Shown in pieces: positions 39,158 through 48,567 of a stretch of 64,000 bases of DNA. Source of the DNA: a virus (Duplodnaviria; Caudoviricetes). Each line of letters opens with the position of its first letter. Within the stretch, counting starts at the first letter, position 1. The DNA lies in IMG/VR virus record IMGVR_UViG_3300032462_000002, positions 1 through 64,000 of that record, one strand, 5' to 3'. The translations under genes and the position numbers were made by a program. The notes beneath the pieces are model-generated. The model saw only the letters and a list, made by a program, of their open reading frames with translations, had not been told where the DNA came from and did no database searches.

Positions 39158-40053
39158 TGGATAAGATTACAGAAGCACTAAAAAAGCTCTTACCCGAATC
39201 TGAGATTAACGAAGTCGCAGCCGCCGTCAAGGACATGCTAGAGCAGGCTAAGGTAAATCTCGAAACTGAGTACAATCAGAAACTTGAAGAAGCCTATGCC
39301 GAGCTTACTAGCGAGTTGGCGAATGCTGAAAAGACAGCAGAGAAAGGCTACGAAGAAGCATATGCCATTATTGGCGATCTTCGTAACCGTCTTGAACTTC
39401 AAGGCGAAGAGTACAAGTCAGCACTTGAGGAAGGATATGAAGAAGCATATCAGATGCTCAAGGGCGAACGAGACAAGAATCAGCAGCTAGAAGTCGAGAT
39501 GTACGAAGAGTACGACAAGAAACTGTCTGAGATGAAGGAATACATTGTCGATAAGGTTGACCAGTTCTTGCAATTCAAGGGCCAGGAAATCTACGAACAA
39601 GCCAAGCGGGACGTATTGAACGATCCTCGTATGGCCGAACACAAGGTTACTCTGGACAAGATCATTGATCTGACCAGCAACTACTTGTCAGATGATGATT
39701 TCGCATCAGTATCTTCCACAAAGTTGGAAGAAGTCAACAAGAGTGTTGAAGAGATGAAGGGACAGCTTCGCATTATGGAAGCTAGAAACATTCGTCTATC
39801 TACAGACAACACCAAATTGAACGAAGCCGTGCGTCAGTCTCAGGAACTCATTACAGAAAGCCGTAAGGCCATCAAGTCTGTAAAGAAGTCCGAGGTTGTT
39901 AACGAGCAGAAAGAAAGAACACAGAAAGTAACGAATGTAACGGGGAGAGGTAAGACATCCGATGATGGTGTAGTGATTTCGGAATACGCTGCACCCACAA
40001 ACAATGACGTGGATCAACTGTTGATCCTGTCGGGTTTGAAACAAGCTCAATAA
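39157..40053 (+). CDS. prohead scaffold (T4 gp22-like)
   Basis: Acidic coiled coil between protease and capsid genes. Confidence 0.75.
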   Translation: MDKITEALKKLLPESEINEVAAAVKDMLEQAKVNLETEYNQKLEEAYAELTSELANAEKTAEKGYEEAYAIIGDLRNRLELQGEEYKSALEEGYEEAYQMLKGERDKNQQLEVEMYEEYDKKLSEMKEYIVDKVDQFLQFKGQEIYEQAKRDVLNDPRMAEHKVTLDKIIDLTSNYLSDDDFASVSSTKLEEVNKSVEEMKGQLRIMEARNIRLSTDNTKLNEAVRQSQELITESRKAIKSVKKSEVVNEQKERTQKVTNVTGRGKTSDDGVVISEYAAPTNNDVDQLLILSGLKQAQ

Positions 40054-40094
40054 GGCTAACTCCAGCAATAACATAACCAGAGGACAACTCTAAT

Positions 40095-41531
40095 ATGAAC
40101 GCAAATTCTCGATTTTTGAACGAAGCTAAGGAGCTAGAATCTCGTTGGGGCAAGACCGGACTCCTCGAAGGTATTCAGGACCGTTACGTTCGCTCTGCCA
40201 CAGCAGTTCTACTCGAAAACCAGAGACTCATGAATGAAGTCTCGACCGACACTGGCGACATCGCACAGTTCAAGCGCATCAGCATTCCGCTGGTACGTCG
40301 TATTTACCCACAGTTGATCGCCAACAAGATTGTTAGCGTTCAACCATTGCTAGGCCCAACAGGTCTGGTGTATTACCTACGCTTCCGTTACAGCAGCAAC
40401 AAGGGTGGAACCCGTGGTGCTTCTAACAACGGTGGTTTCCCAGGTGATGACGCCAACTCGTTGATGCAGACCGCTGACGGTACTGCCAACCTGGACATTT
40501 TCTACACCCACCAGTTCATTCAGAACGAAGTAACTTCGACTGATTCTGGTACTGACGCTTCTGCTGTATTCACTCCTTTGGAGCATACACCAGTTTTGGC
40601 CGGTACTGTAACTGGTACGATTTTTGATGGCAGCACTGCTGTTCAGACATTCATCGTATCGTCCGGTGGTAGCTTCACCTTCACTGACATTGGCGCTCCT
40701 AGCGTTAAGGTCACAGCAGGTAGCTTGAACAATAACACTGGCGAACTCGCCATGACCTGGAACTCGGCTCCTGGCGCTAACCACGCTGTCATCAGCTATG
40801 AGTACAACATGGAGTGCCAGCAAGACCTCCCAGAAATCAACCTCGTGATCGAGTCGGAAGAAATTGCCGCCAAGACCCGTAAGTTGAAGGCTGTTTGGTC
40901 ATACGAAGCACAGCAAGACCTCCGCAGCCAGCACAATCTGGATGCAGAAGCCGAACTGACCGCTGTATTGGCTCAGGAAATTAACCTGGAAATAGATCGT
41001 GAAGTTTTGACCGACCTGCGTAACAACGCTGGTACTGTCACAGCTTGGGACTTCAATACTGCTCTTGGTGAAACCATCAAGGAAAAGTATGAATCTCTGT
41101 ATGTTAAGGTTGTTGAAGTTTCTAACGTCATCCACCGTAAGACCCTCCGTGGTGGTGCTAACTGGCTCGTAACTAGCCCTGAAGTTGCCTCGATCTTCGA
41201 GACAGCAACAGCAGGCTTCGCACCAGCACCTAGCGAAACATTTACTAGCAGCCTGGGCATCCAGTATGTTGGTACAGTGAACAATAGGTGGCGTCTGTAC
41301 AAAGACCCTCTGTTCCCATCCAACCAGATTTTGATGGGTTACAAGGGCGATAGCTACATGGATAGCGGTTACTTCTACTGCCCATACGTTCCGCTGACAC
41401 AGACACCTGTGGTCCTCGACCCAGAATCGTTCTGTCCTCGTAAGGGAATTTTGACGAGATATGGAAAAAAATTATTGCGTGAGGGTGCTAAATTCTACGC
41501 ACGCATGTCGATTGCGAATTTCGTGATCTAG
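40095..41531 (+). CDS. major capsid protein (T4 gp23-like)
   Basis: LLENQ, VRR..P.LIA..VQP, AKTRKLKA.WS.EAQQDL, EINLEIDRE, YCPYVPL, TRYG. Confidence 0.95.
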   Translation: MNANSRFLNEAKELESRWGKTGLLEGIQDRYVRSATAVLLENQRLMNEVSTDTGDIAQFKRISIPLVRRIYPQLIANKIVSVQPLLGPTGLVYYLRFRYSSNKGGTRGASNNGGFPGDDANSLMQTADGTANLDIFYTHQFIQNEVTSTDSGTDASAVFTPLEHTPVLAGTVTGTIFDGSTAVQTFIVSSGGSFTFTDIGAPSVKVTAGSLNNNTGELAMTWNSAPGANHAVISYEYNMECQQDLPEINLVIESEEIAAKTRKLKAVWSYEAQQDLRSQHNLDAEAELTAVLAQEINLEIDREVLTDLRNNAGTVTAWDFNTALGETIKEKYESLYVKVVEVSNVIHRKTLRGGANWLVTSPEVASIFETATAGFAPAPSETFTSSLGIQYVGTVNNRWRLYKDPLFPSNQILMGYKGDSYMDSGYFYCPYVPLTQTPVVLDPESFCPRKGILTRYGKKLLREGAKFYARMSIANFVI

Positions 41532-41563
41532 TTTTTACGCTGCTATAAAAAGAAATCGTAAAA

Positions 41564-41598
41564 AAGAAACCTACCGACACTATGTCGGTAGGTTTCTT
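41564..41598. terminator. bidirectional terminator
   Basis: aagaaacctaccgaca-cta-tgtcggtaggtttctt. Confidence 0.85.
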
Positions 41599-42775
41599 AT
41601 TGGTTTTTACAAACGTAGCTGCGAAGAAGTGCTTCTTTCGTGTCCACGTTTAGCGACTTGAGGTAAACTTCGTCCCACACCAGGAACACCCCGCCCTCAT
41701 CCCTCGCAAGTTCCTTGCCTCGATTTTCCTTCGCTATATTGATCTCGTCTGTCCTCTTAAAACCCGGCTTCACTTCGACAAAGTAAAGTTTTTCGTCACC
41801 AATGTATTTGACTAGAAAATCTAGCACATATCTATGGGTTTTTCCCAGGTAGACATAATCAATCCCGAACGGCTCGAAATCATACCACTCGACTGATTGA
41901 TTTTCGCTTAGGTGGATGTGAGCGATCAATTCCAGATGCGATCTGAAATAAGGGTTCGTTTTCCTGCATTTGCCTGCCGGATGAGAAATCCATCCTGTTA
42001 TGTGTCCTTGATTCCATCGTCCTCCAGCCCACTTTCCCGACGTAATTAAGTCGATCATCGTTTTGCTTTGCTTCTGATTCCACTCTTCTGGCCTTGTAAT
42101 GCCTTTTGCCCAAGGATTTGCGTAGCTTTCAGCGAGCCATGTTGTGCAGTTCTGGCGTAGATAATCTTTCATTTCTGGTAGTTGGTTGTAGTGTTCAACT
42201 CCATATTTCTCCAGAGTGGTGATTGCTCCTTTAACTCGGACTTCAGGCAAGCTCAAAGGATTATCTACTCCATACCGTTCTTGACAAGTTTGTCGCATTT
42301 TCTCCTGGATTTTTTCAGATTGAAGAGGAAAGTCTACGCCATATTTTTCTTGCATAGCTTCATTAAGTCGCCGTATGCCTTCATCGGTTTTCATGATATG
42401 GTCGGCCCCATATCGCTTCACAGAAGTTTCCCGTCGTTTGTTGACAATTTTCTGCGTAGATTCCTCAGTACCGAACATCTTTTCAACCCGTTCAGCGATC
42501 TTTTCCGGTGTATTGATCGGCATGGCAGTGCCATATTTTGCGATATTGGTTTTCTCAATTTTATCTCGAACCTCTTTGCGATTAGCGGGGTTATTCGCTG
42601 CCATTTGACATGAACGGCAAATATGCTTGCCGCCATGTGCATCAGCATTCTTTTGAGCAACGCTGTATATTGGCGTAGACTCCGTTCCGCACAATTTGAA
42701 CCCGCCGTTACAATCGTACTTGATCCGCACCCGTTGTCCAGGTAGTAGATTCGCAGGAATCTTTTCGATGTACAT
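41597..42775 (-). CDS. putative free-standing homing endonuclease (KYG repeats plus TnsA_N-like PD-(D/E)XK domain)
   Basis: Repeated (E/K)(K/R)YG(V/A)D blocks; FRSHLE..FEP..Y..RYVLDFLV..VEVKP. Confidence 0.7.
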   Translation of the reverse strand: MYIEKIPANLLPGQRVRIKYDCNGGFKLCGTESTPIYSVAQKNADAHGGKHICRSCQMAANNPANRKEVRDKIEKTNIAKYGTAMPINTPEKIAERVEKMFGTEESTQKIVNKRRETSVKRYGADHIMKTDEGIRRLNEAMQEKYGVDFPLQSEKIQEKMRQTCQERYGVDNPLSLPEVRVKGAITTLEKYGVEHYNQLPEMKDYLRQNCTTWLAESYANPWAKGITRPEEWNQKQSKTMIDLITSGKWAGGRWNQGHITGWISHPAGKCRKTNPYFRSHLELIAHIHLSENQSVEWYDFEPFGIDYVYLGKTHRYVLDFLVKYIGDEKLYFVEVKPGFKRTDEINIAKENRGKELARDEGGVFLVWDEVYLKSLNVDTKEALLRSYVCKNQ

Positions 42776-42819
42776 ATTTGCTCCTTGTACGGGTCAAAAA
42801 AGTTTTCAAAAATAAAATA

Positions 42820-42852
42820 AAAACCCGTAGTCGTTTCCAACTACGGGTTTTT
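42820..42852 (-). terminator. terminator closing the helicase/repeat cassette
   Basis: aaaacccgtagt-cgtttcca-actacgggtttt. Confidence 0.8.
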
Positions 42853-42874
42853 CGTTGCATCGACCTAGTCGAGA

Positions 42875-43039
42875 TCAGTTGGTTTTCTTAAACCAATCAG
42901 GACGCATTTTGCGAATCTCCGCATCAAACTCAGGATCATATCCTTGACTGTTGAATACAGCTTTTGAGAGCGGTCGTGGCTCGCCATTACGAGCCATTTC
43001 CATAAGTTGTTGCTTCTTCGCCTTTGCTTCGTCACTCAT
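42875..43039 (-). CDS. 54-aa single-repeat protein (absent from the ORF track)
   Basis: MSDEAKAKKQQLMEMARNGEPRPLSKAVFNSQGYDPEFDAEIRKMRPDWFKKTN. Confidence 0.65.
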   Translation of the reverse strand: MSDEAKAKKQQLMEMARNGEPRPLSKAVFNSQGYDPEFDAEIRKMRPDWFKKTN

Positions 43040-43104
43040 CGCTACATTATCCAAATCAGATAATTAAGTAACCACTACGCATCATACCAAAAGATTATTG
43101 AGTG

Positions 43105-44436
43105 TCAACTCCTGAACCAATCAGACCGCAGTTTTCGAATTTCTTTGTCGAAGTCTGGGTCGTAAGAACCACCTTGATTAGTATAATGAGTTAAAACCTT
43201 TCCTAATTCTCCCGTCTTTTGACTGGGTCTTAGTTCACCATTCTTTGCCATGTCCAGAAGTTGTTGTTTCTTCTGGTCAGCAATATCAGATGTTAATACA
43301 AACCAATCAGGTCTTAAATTTCTGATTTCCTTATCAAATTCTGGATTATAACAGCCATTTTTTAGACTTGTATAAGAAGACAACATGCCTCCTAATTCAT
43401 GTTTTTTATTATTTGGTCTTGGTTCACCATTTTTAGCCATTTCCAATAGTTGTTGTTTAGCAATATTAGATGTTGAGATAAACCAATCAGGTCTGAGATT
43501 GCGAATCTCTGCGGCAAATTTAGGATCGTAACATTTTGATACAGTACAAATGTAATTATTAAACACCGATCCCAATTTAGTTTTTCTCTTTGGTTTTGGC
43601 TCACAGTTTCTCGCCATTTCCAGAAGTTGTTGTTTCTTCTCGCTTGCAACATCGAACTGAGATATAAACCAATCAGGTCTAAGTTCACGGACTTCCTTGT
43701 CAAATTCTGGATTATAACAGCCATTTTTTGGATTAGTATAAGAAGACAACGTGCTTCCTAATTCATGTTTTTTATCATTTGGTCTTGGTTCACCGTTTCT
43801 CGCCATTTCCAGAAGTTGTTGTTTAGCAATATTAGATGTTGAGATAAACCAATCAGGTCTAAGCCTACGAATTTCTGCATTAAATTCAGGATCAGATCTC
43901 ATGTAATGATTAAACGCAATTCCTAATTCATGTTTTTTATCATTTGGTCTTGGTTCACCATTCTTTGCCATTTCCAGAAGTTGTTGTTTTTTATCGCTTG
44001 CAACATCGAACTGAGATATAAACCAATCAGGTCTGAGATTGCGAATCTCTGTGGAAAAATTAGAATCGTAACATGGGTTTTTTGGATTAGTATAAATTCT
44101 CAAAAAAATTCCCAAGTTATGCGTCCGTACTTTTGGTATTGGATGTTCTTTACGAGCCATTTCCAAAAGTCGCTGTTTCTTCTGTACGGAATTATCAAAC
44201 CAATCAGGTCTAAGTTCACGGATTTCTGCGTCAAACACATCATCATAACAGCCACCTTTAAGGCGTATATAGTTGCGAAAAACCGATCCCAATTTAGTTT
44301 TTTTCTTTGGTTTTGGCTCTCCGTTTCTCGCCATTTCCAGAAGTTGTTGTTTATTCTGGTCAGATTGAGTTAAGCAGAACTTCTCCCAGCCGTCAATTGA
44401 TTCTAAGAGTTGTAATTGCCATGTTTTGAGTGTCAT
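43105..44436 (-). CDS. repeat-array protein B (7 x ~60-aa HA-like repeats)
   Basis: KQQLLEMA..P..LG..Y..F..EIR.LRPDWF x7; ATGA overlap with A. Confidence 0.85.
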   Translation of the reverse strand: MTLKTWQLQLLESIDGWEKFCLTQSDQNKQQLLEMARNGEPKPKKKTKLGSVFRNYIRLKGGCYDDVFDAEIRELRPDWFDNSVQKKQRLLEMARKEHPIPKVRTHNLGIFLRIYTNPKNPCYDSNFSTEIRNLRPDWFISQFDVASDKKQQLLEMAKNGEPRPNDKKHELGIAFNHYMRSDPEFNAEIRRLRPDWFISTSNIAKQQLLEMARNGEPRPNDKKHELGSTLSSYTNPKNGCYNPEFDKEVRELRPDWFISQFDVASEKKQQLLEMARNCEPKPKRKTKLGSVFNNYICTVSKCYDPKFAAEIRNLRPDWFISTSNIAKQQLLEMAKNGEPRPNNKKHELGGMLSSYTSLKNGCYNPEFDKEIRNLRPDWFVLTSDIADQKKQQLLDMAKNGELRPSQKTGELGKVLTHYTNQGGSYDPDFDKEIRKLRSDWFRS

Positions 44437-45794
44437 TTTATTTTTCTGAACCAATCAGACCGCAGTTTTCGAATTTTTTTGTCGAAGTCTGGGTCGTAAG
44501 ATTTATGTTTTAGTCTTGTGTAACAACCCAAAACCGATCCCAGTTTATGTGTTTTTTGATTTGGTCTAGGCTCGCCGTTCCTTGCTATCTCCAGAAGTTG
44601 TTGTTTCTTCTGGTCAACAATATCAGATTGAGTTTTTTTATTTCTGAACCAATCAGGCATAAGTTCACGAATTTTTTTGTCGAAATCTGGATCGTAAGAA
44701 CTGTCTTTTGGTTTTGTGTAATAAACCAAAGCCGATGCCAATTTATGTGATTTCCTATTTGGTCTTGGTTTGCCACGACGTGCCATATCGATAAGTTGTT
44801 TTTTTTTATGATTTACGGCATAACGAAACCAGTCGGGTCTAAGGCTGCGAATTTCCTTATCAAAATTTTTGTCAAAGGTATTGCCTACGGTTGTATATTT
44901 GCTTAAACAACTACCAATGTGTTCTGAAATTTTTGGTCTTAGTTTTCCTCGTCGTGCCATCTCTAAGAGTTGTTTCTTCTTTTGGTTGGCACGCTCAGAT
45001 AGAGACACAAACCAATCAGACCGCAGTTTTCGAATTTCTTTGTCGAAGTCTAGGTCGTAACAATTAGATTTTGTAGTGTATAAAGTCAATGAATGGCCCA
45101 ACTCATGTACTTTTTGAATAGGTCTTGGTTCACCACGACGTGCCATCTCCAAAAGTTGTTGTTTCTTCTGATCGGCAATATCAGATAAAGATGAAAACCA
45201 GTCAGGTACGATTTTGCGGATTACCTTGTCAAACTCTGGATCGTAGCAATCTCGCTTGTGTTCTGTGTAAATACGCAAGACATTTCCTAGACCATCTCGT
45301 TTAGGTTTTTTCTCTCCATTCCTTGCCATCTCCAAAAGTTGTTGTTTCTTCTGATCGGAAATATTAGATCGAGACACGAACCAATCAGGTCTGATCTTAC
45401 GAATTTTTTTATCAAAGTCTTGGTCGTAGCTGCCGCTTTTTTGACTCGTATAGCAAGTCAAACCAGATCCCAATTTATGTGATTTCTTATTTGGTCTTGG
45501 TTTGCCACTATATGCCATCTCTAAGAGTTGTTGTTTCCTTTTCTTGGCACACATGAACCAGCGGGGTATGCGTTCTCTGATTTGCTTGTTGAATTCTGAA
45601 TCATAAGAACTGCTGTTGTGTCTCGTGTATTCATTCAAAACATACCCCAGAGGATGCTTTCCCGGAATGGGTTTTGTCTCGCCATTCTTTGCCATCTCCA
45701 TAAGTTTCTGTTTCTTCTGACTTGATTTAGATAAACAGAACTCCTTCCAGCCACTTTTGGAATCCAAAAGTTGTATTTGCCAAATACTAAGCAT
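44433..45794 (-). CDS. repeat-array protein A (7 x ~60-aa HA-like repeats)
   Basis: Same repeat x7; ATG overlaps the helicase stop. Confidence 0.85.
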   Translation of the reverse strand: MLSIWQIQLLDSKSGWKEFCLSKSSQKKQKLMEMAKNGETKPIPGKHPLGYVLNEYTRHNSSSYDSEFNKQIRERIPRWFMCAKKRKQQLLEMAYSGKPRPNKKSHKLGSGLTCYTSQKSGSYDQDFDKKIRKIRPDWFVSRSNISDQKKQQLLEMARNGEKKPKRDGLGNVLRIYTEHKRDCYDPEFDKVIRKIVPDWFSSLSDIADQKKQQLLEMARRGEPRPIQKVHELGHSLTLYTTKSNCYDLDFDKEIRKLRSDWFVSLSERANQKKKQLLEMARRGKLRPKISEHIGSCLSKYTTVGNTFDKNFDKEIRSLRPDWFRYAVNHKKKQLIDMARRGKPRPNRKSHKLASALVYYTKPKDSSYDPDFDKKIRELMPDWFRNKKTQSDIVDQKKQQLLEIARNGEPRPNQKTHKLGSVLGCYTRLKHKSYDPDFDKKIRKLRSDWFRKIK

Positions 45795-47679
45795 TCTCTG
45801 TCTGCCTTTTATAATGTGCTCGTTGAACTGCCATAAATCGGTACAGCGAGCTATCTTTGTCAAGATTTTCAAAGCCAATTCGACTTGCTTCTTCAACTTT
45901 TTCTTTCCAATCTGTTCCTAAGAACTGTTGGAGTCTTTGAAGGTCATTTGTATTGGCTCGACCTTCAAATGGAGAATGCGGAGCTATATGAGTTCTGACG
46001 ACTACGTCCCAACCATGTTCACGCACAAAATCAACAATCATTCCATCAAGTCGTAGATCAGGGTTATTTGGATTTTGTCGTCTTAGGAGTTCTTTACGGA
46101 GTCGTTCTTTGAGGACTTCATAAGAGACATTTTCCAAGATATAATCATCAAATGATTCGATGATATCTTCGATTACTTCGTTGATGGCATCTGGAGTGCG
46201 AAGGTCTTCTGGGATTGCAAGTACAGCTTGGAGCATTTCTTCGATTACATCGTTACGTTTAGAGCCGTAAACATCTTCAAGGCTGACGTATTTAACTGGT
46301 TCAGTGTCTTCTTCGTCGTCATCAAATGGCAATGTGGGCATGAGGATGGGATAGAACATATCATCGAGCATTGACGAGACGATAACTGCGTTAAACATAT
46401 CCGAGATGTTTTGGCGGATTTTATCTGATGGTGAGTCCCATTGTGCGAAGTATTCGATGTAATTGACCATTTTGACATCTTGTTTGTCTTTATGGTCTCG
46501 AAGACTGCGGCCCAATTTTTGGATGGCCAAGTGTACCGAACGATCAAAACTAGCGTTGTGGATTCGTGAGCATGGAGGCCAATCTGTCCCTTCTCGACCT
46601 ATCATGCAGGTGACAGCAACTTGAAAGTCATGGTCATCTGACATGAGTCGATCTTTATCTCGTTTTTGTCGATCTGGTCGTACTAGATCGAGAACCAATT
46701 TTGGTCCATAGATTTGTTCTAGTTTTTCTACTAATGTCTTAACCCATTCGGTTTTATTGGTGGTCTTAAAAAAGCTATTGCCATCTGAGGGAACAATAAT
46801 GAGGGCAGGTTCGTTTGATTCTTCTTTGACAGAATCAATGATCTGATTCATGAGTTGAGTGCTATTTTCATAGCAAACATAATTTTGTCGTAATTCACGC
46901 AGTCCAAGGACATTCCAGTGTTCCATGAATGGCACTCTGAAAATCTCGAAATCACTAAGATAATCGGTGTCAATAATGGCTTGTTTATTGCCACGATAGA
47001 AGAGTGCGGTCATTACATGAAGAAATCCCTCTTGATCCAAGAGGTATTTGCAAAATTCACCCAATCTATTCATTTCATAATCATCTTCACTTACGCCTGA
47101 AACATGTTGTATTTCATCGATGCGAAACGATGTATTTTTGATCGCACGTTTCTTTTCAGAATTGCTCATATTCTGAAAGGCTTTTATGAAGGCGGCGTAT
47201 GTAGCAACGCAAGTGACTCCTCCGAGGACATCTTGTTTTCTGAAGGAATCTAGGCTTTTTTTAGTTCGTTTTTCCAGAAGAAATTTACGAACACTTTCGA
47301 CTGAGCCATCATTTTCTTCACAGCAATTGGTGGTTATTTCCCAATGATAAATTTTGCCATCTATATTCAACATGGGGTGTTTTTTCTCAGTGAACCCATA
47401 TCCGATATTGAGTTGTGGCACAATAAAGATTTGTTTTCGTTCATAGTCAGTTTGGATAATTTCACGAGCTGCGTCGAAGATTTGCATTAAACTTTTACCA
47501 CTCCCTGTTGGTGCAACGGTGAGGGTGCGAGTTTTGCCGTCAAAGCTCTTAAATCTACGTATTTGATAATCTCGTCCAGCATACCCAAGCTCTCTTGGTT
47601 GAGATTGTTTTATCGCAGGCAGTTTGGCTTGATGTGGTTTCCAATTTGGATCTCTAAAACTGAAATCGGCAGGCTTCAT
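45787..47679 (-). CDS. SF2 (DExH, ResIII-like) helicase/translocase
   Basis: APTGSGKS, IDEIQH, MTA, IGREGTDWP, QKLGRSLR. Confidence 0.85.
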   Translation of the reverse strand: MKPADFSFRDPNWKPHQAKLPAIKQSQPRELGYAGRDYQIRRFKSFDGKTRTLTVAPTGSGKSLMQIFDAAREIIQTDYERKQIFIVPQLNIGYGFTEKKHPMLNIDGKIYHWEITTNCCEENDGSVESVRKFLLEKRTKKSLDSFRKQDVLGGVTCVATYAAFIKAFQNMSNSEKKRAIKNTSFRIDEIQHVSGVSEDDYEMNRLGEFCKYLLDQEGFLHVMTALFYRGNKQAIIDTDYLSDFEIFRVPFMEHWNVLGLRELRQNYVCYENSTQLMNQIIDSVKEESNEPALIIVPSDGNSFFKTTNKTEWVKTLVEKLEQIYGPKLVLDLVRPDRQKRDKDRLMSDDHDFQVAVTCMIGREGTDWPPCSRIHNASFDRSVHLAIQKLGRSLRDHKDKQDVKMVNYIEYFAQWDSPSDKIRQNISDMFNAVIVSSMLDDMFYPILMPTLPFDDDEEDTEPVKYVSLEDVYGSKRNDVIEEMLQAVLAIPEDLRTPDAINEVIEDIIESFDDYILENVSYEVLKERLRKELLRRQNPNNPDLRLDGMIVDFVREHGWDVVVRTHIAPHSPFEGRANTNDLQRLQQFLGTDWKEKVEEASRIGFENLDKDSSLYRFMAVQRAHYKRQTENA

Positions 47680-47680
47680 A

Positions 47681-48316
47681 TCATGACCTTATAAAGAGGA
47701 AGGTTCCCATGTCGGTTCTGGACGCTTTGTAGCAATAAAGCTGTTCTGAAACAGTCCAATCTGTTGGATTTCTCAGATGTTTTACTACTGATTCGACCAA
47801 AATTTTTGGATCAAATCTTTTACTGGAATGCCCATCTGACAACATCAGATTTGCCGCCACAACAGTTTTTGGTGGGCAGAGATTCATGGTTTTAGCGAGA
47901 TATTTGTGGCAACTCGTTTTGAGCACAGTTTTTGTGTAATCGAAATACACAAGTGCTGGATTGAAAATCTCGAAATTATCTTCGATTGTTTCGAGCCAAT
48001 CTCCGCACAGCCAGTTGGCTTCGGGATGGTTTTTTTTATTGAATTCAATTACACCTTCACCTTTGAGGTCGTTGTCGATTCCAAAAAATTGATTTTTGGT
48101 GATAAATCCAGCTTGGACCAACTGAACGATTTCTGATCCTTCTGTATCGGGTTGTTTATTGCAGAAGGTCCAGTAAGATTTTTCCATTGGAATTGAATGG
48201 ATGCCGGTAATTTTTCTATAAGCATTGATCAATTCTTGTCTTGCCTTTATCTTGGCAGAGTTCTTATAATATTCTGGCTGTTCGGCGAAATGATGTTTGT
48301 CGAATGGATTTTGCAT
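47681..48316 (-). CDS. putative SAM-methyltransferase-fold protein
   Basis: FFGID, LCGDW and LVYFD resemble class I motifs II-IV; the glycine-rich motif I is degenerate. Confidence 0.45.
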   Translation of the reverse strand: MQNPFDKHHFAEQPEYYKNSAKIKARQELINAYRKITGIHSIPMEKSYWTFCNKQPDTEGSEIVQLVQAGFITKNQFFGIDNDLKGEGVIEFNKKNHPEANWLCGDWLETIEDNFEIFNPALVYFDYTKTVLKTSCHKYLAKTMNLCPPKTVVAANLMLSDGHSSKRFDPKILVESVVKHLRNPTDWTVSEQLYCYKASRTDMGTFLFIRS

Positions 48317-48376
48317 GTGTGATTTATAGCACAAATCACACAATTGTTCAAGGACAAAATAACTGATGAAGATTGA

Positions 48377-48565
48377 CACTGTCACAAGCCTTTAGATGGC
48401 AAAGCATCCGAGGATGTAATGAGCAATCAGATCAATGAAAATTTGTTTCCACCAAAGTTCTTAAACTGGCCTGTTCATTTGCATCACGATCATAAGACTG
48501 GCATGACAGTAGGTGCAGTTCATTCCCACTGCAACGCTGTATTATGGCAATATCATAATGAGTAA
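48377..48565 (+). pseudogene. 5'-truncated endonuclease VII-like gene
   Basis: In-frame TGA, then HCHKPLDG...PVHLHHDHKTGMTVGAVHSHCNAVLWQYHNE. Confidence 0.6.
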
Positions 48566-48567
48566 AT

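Noticed and set aside
43105-45794. Repeat arrays as CRISPR or DGR template/variable repeats
   Set aside because: Units are in-frame protein repeats, differences are not adenine-specific, and no reverse transcriptase is in the window.
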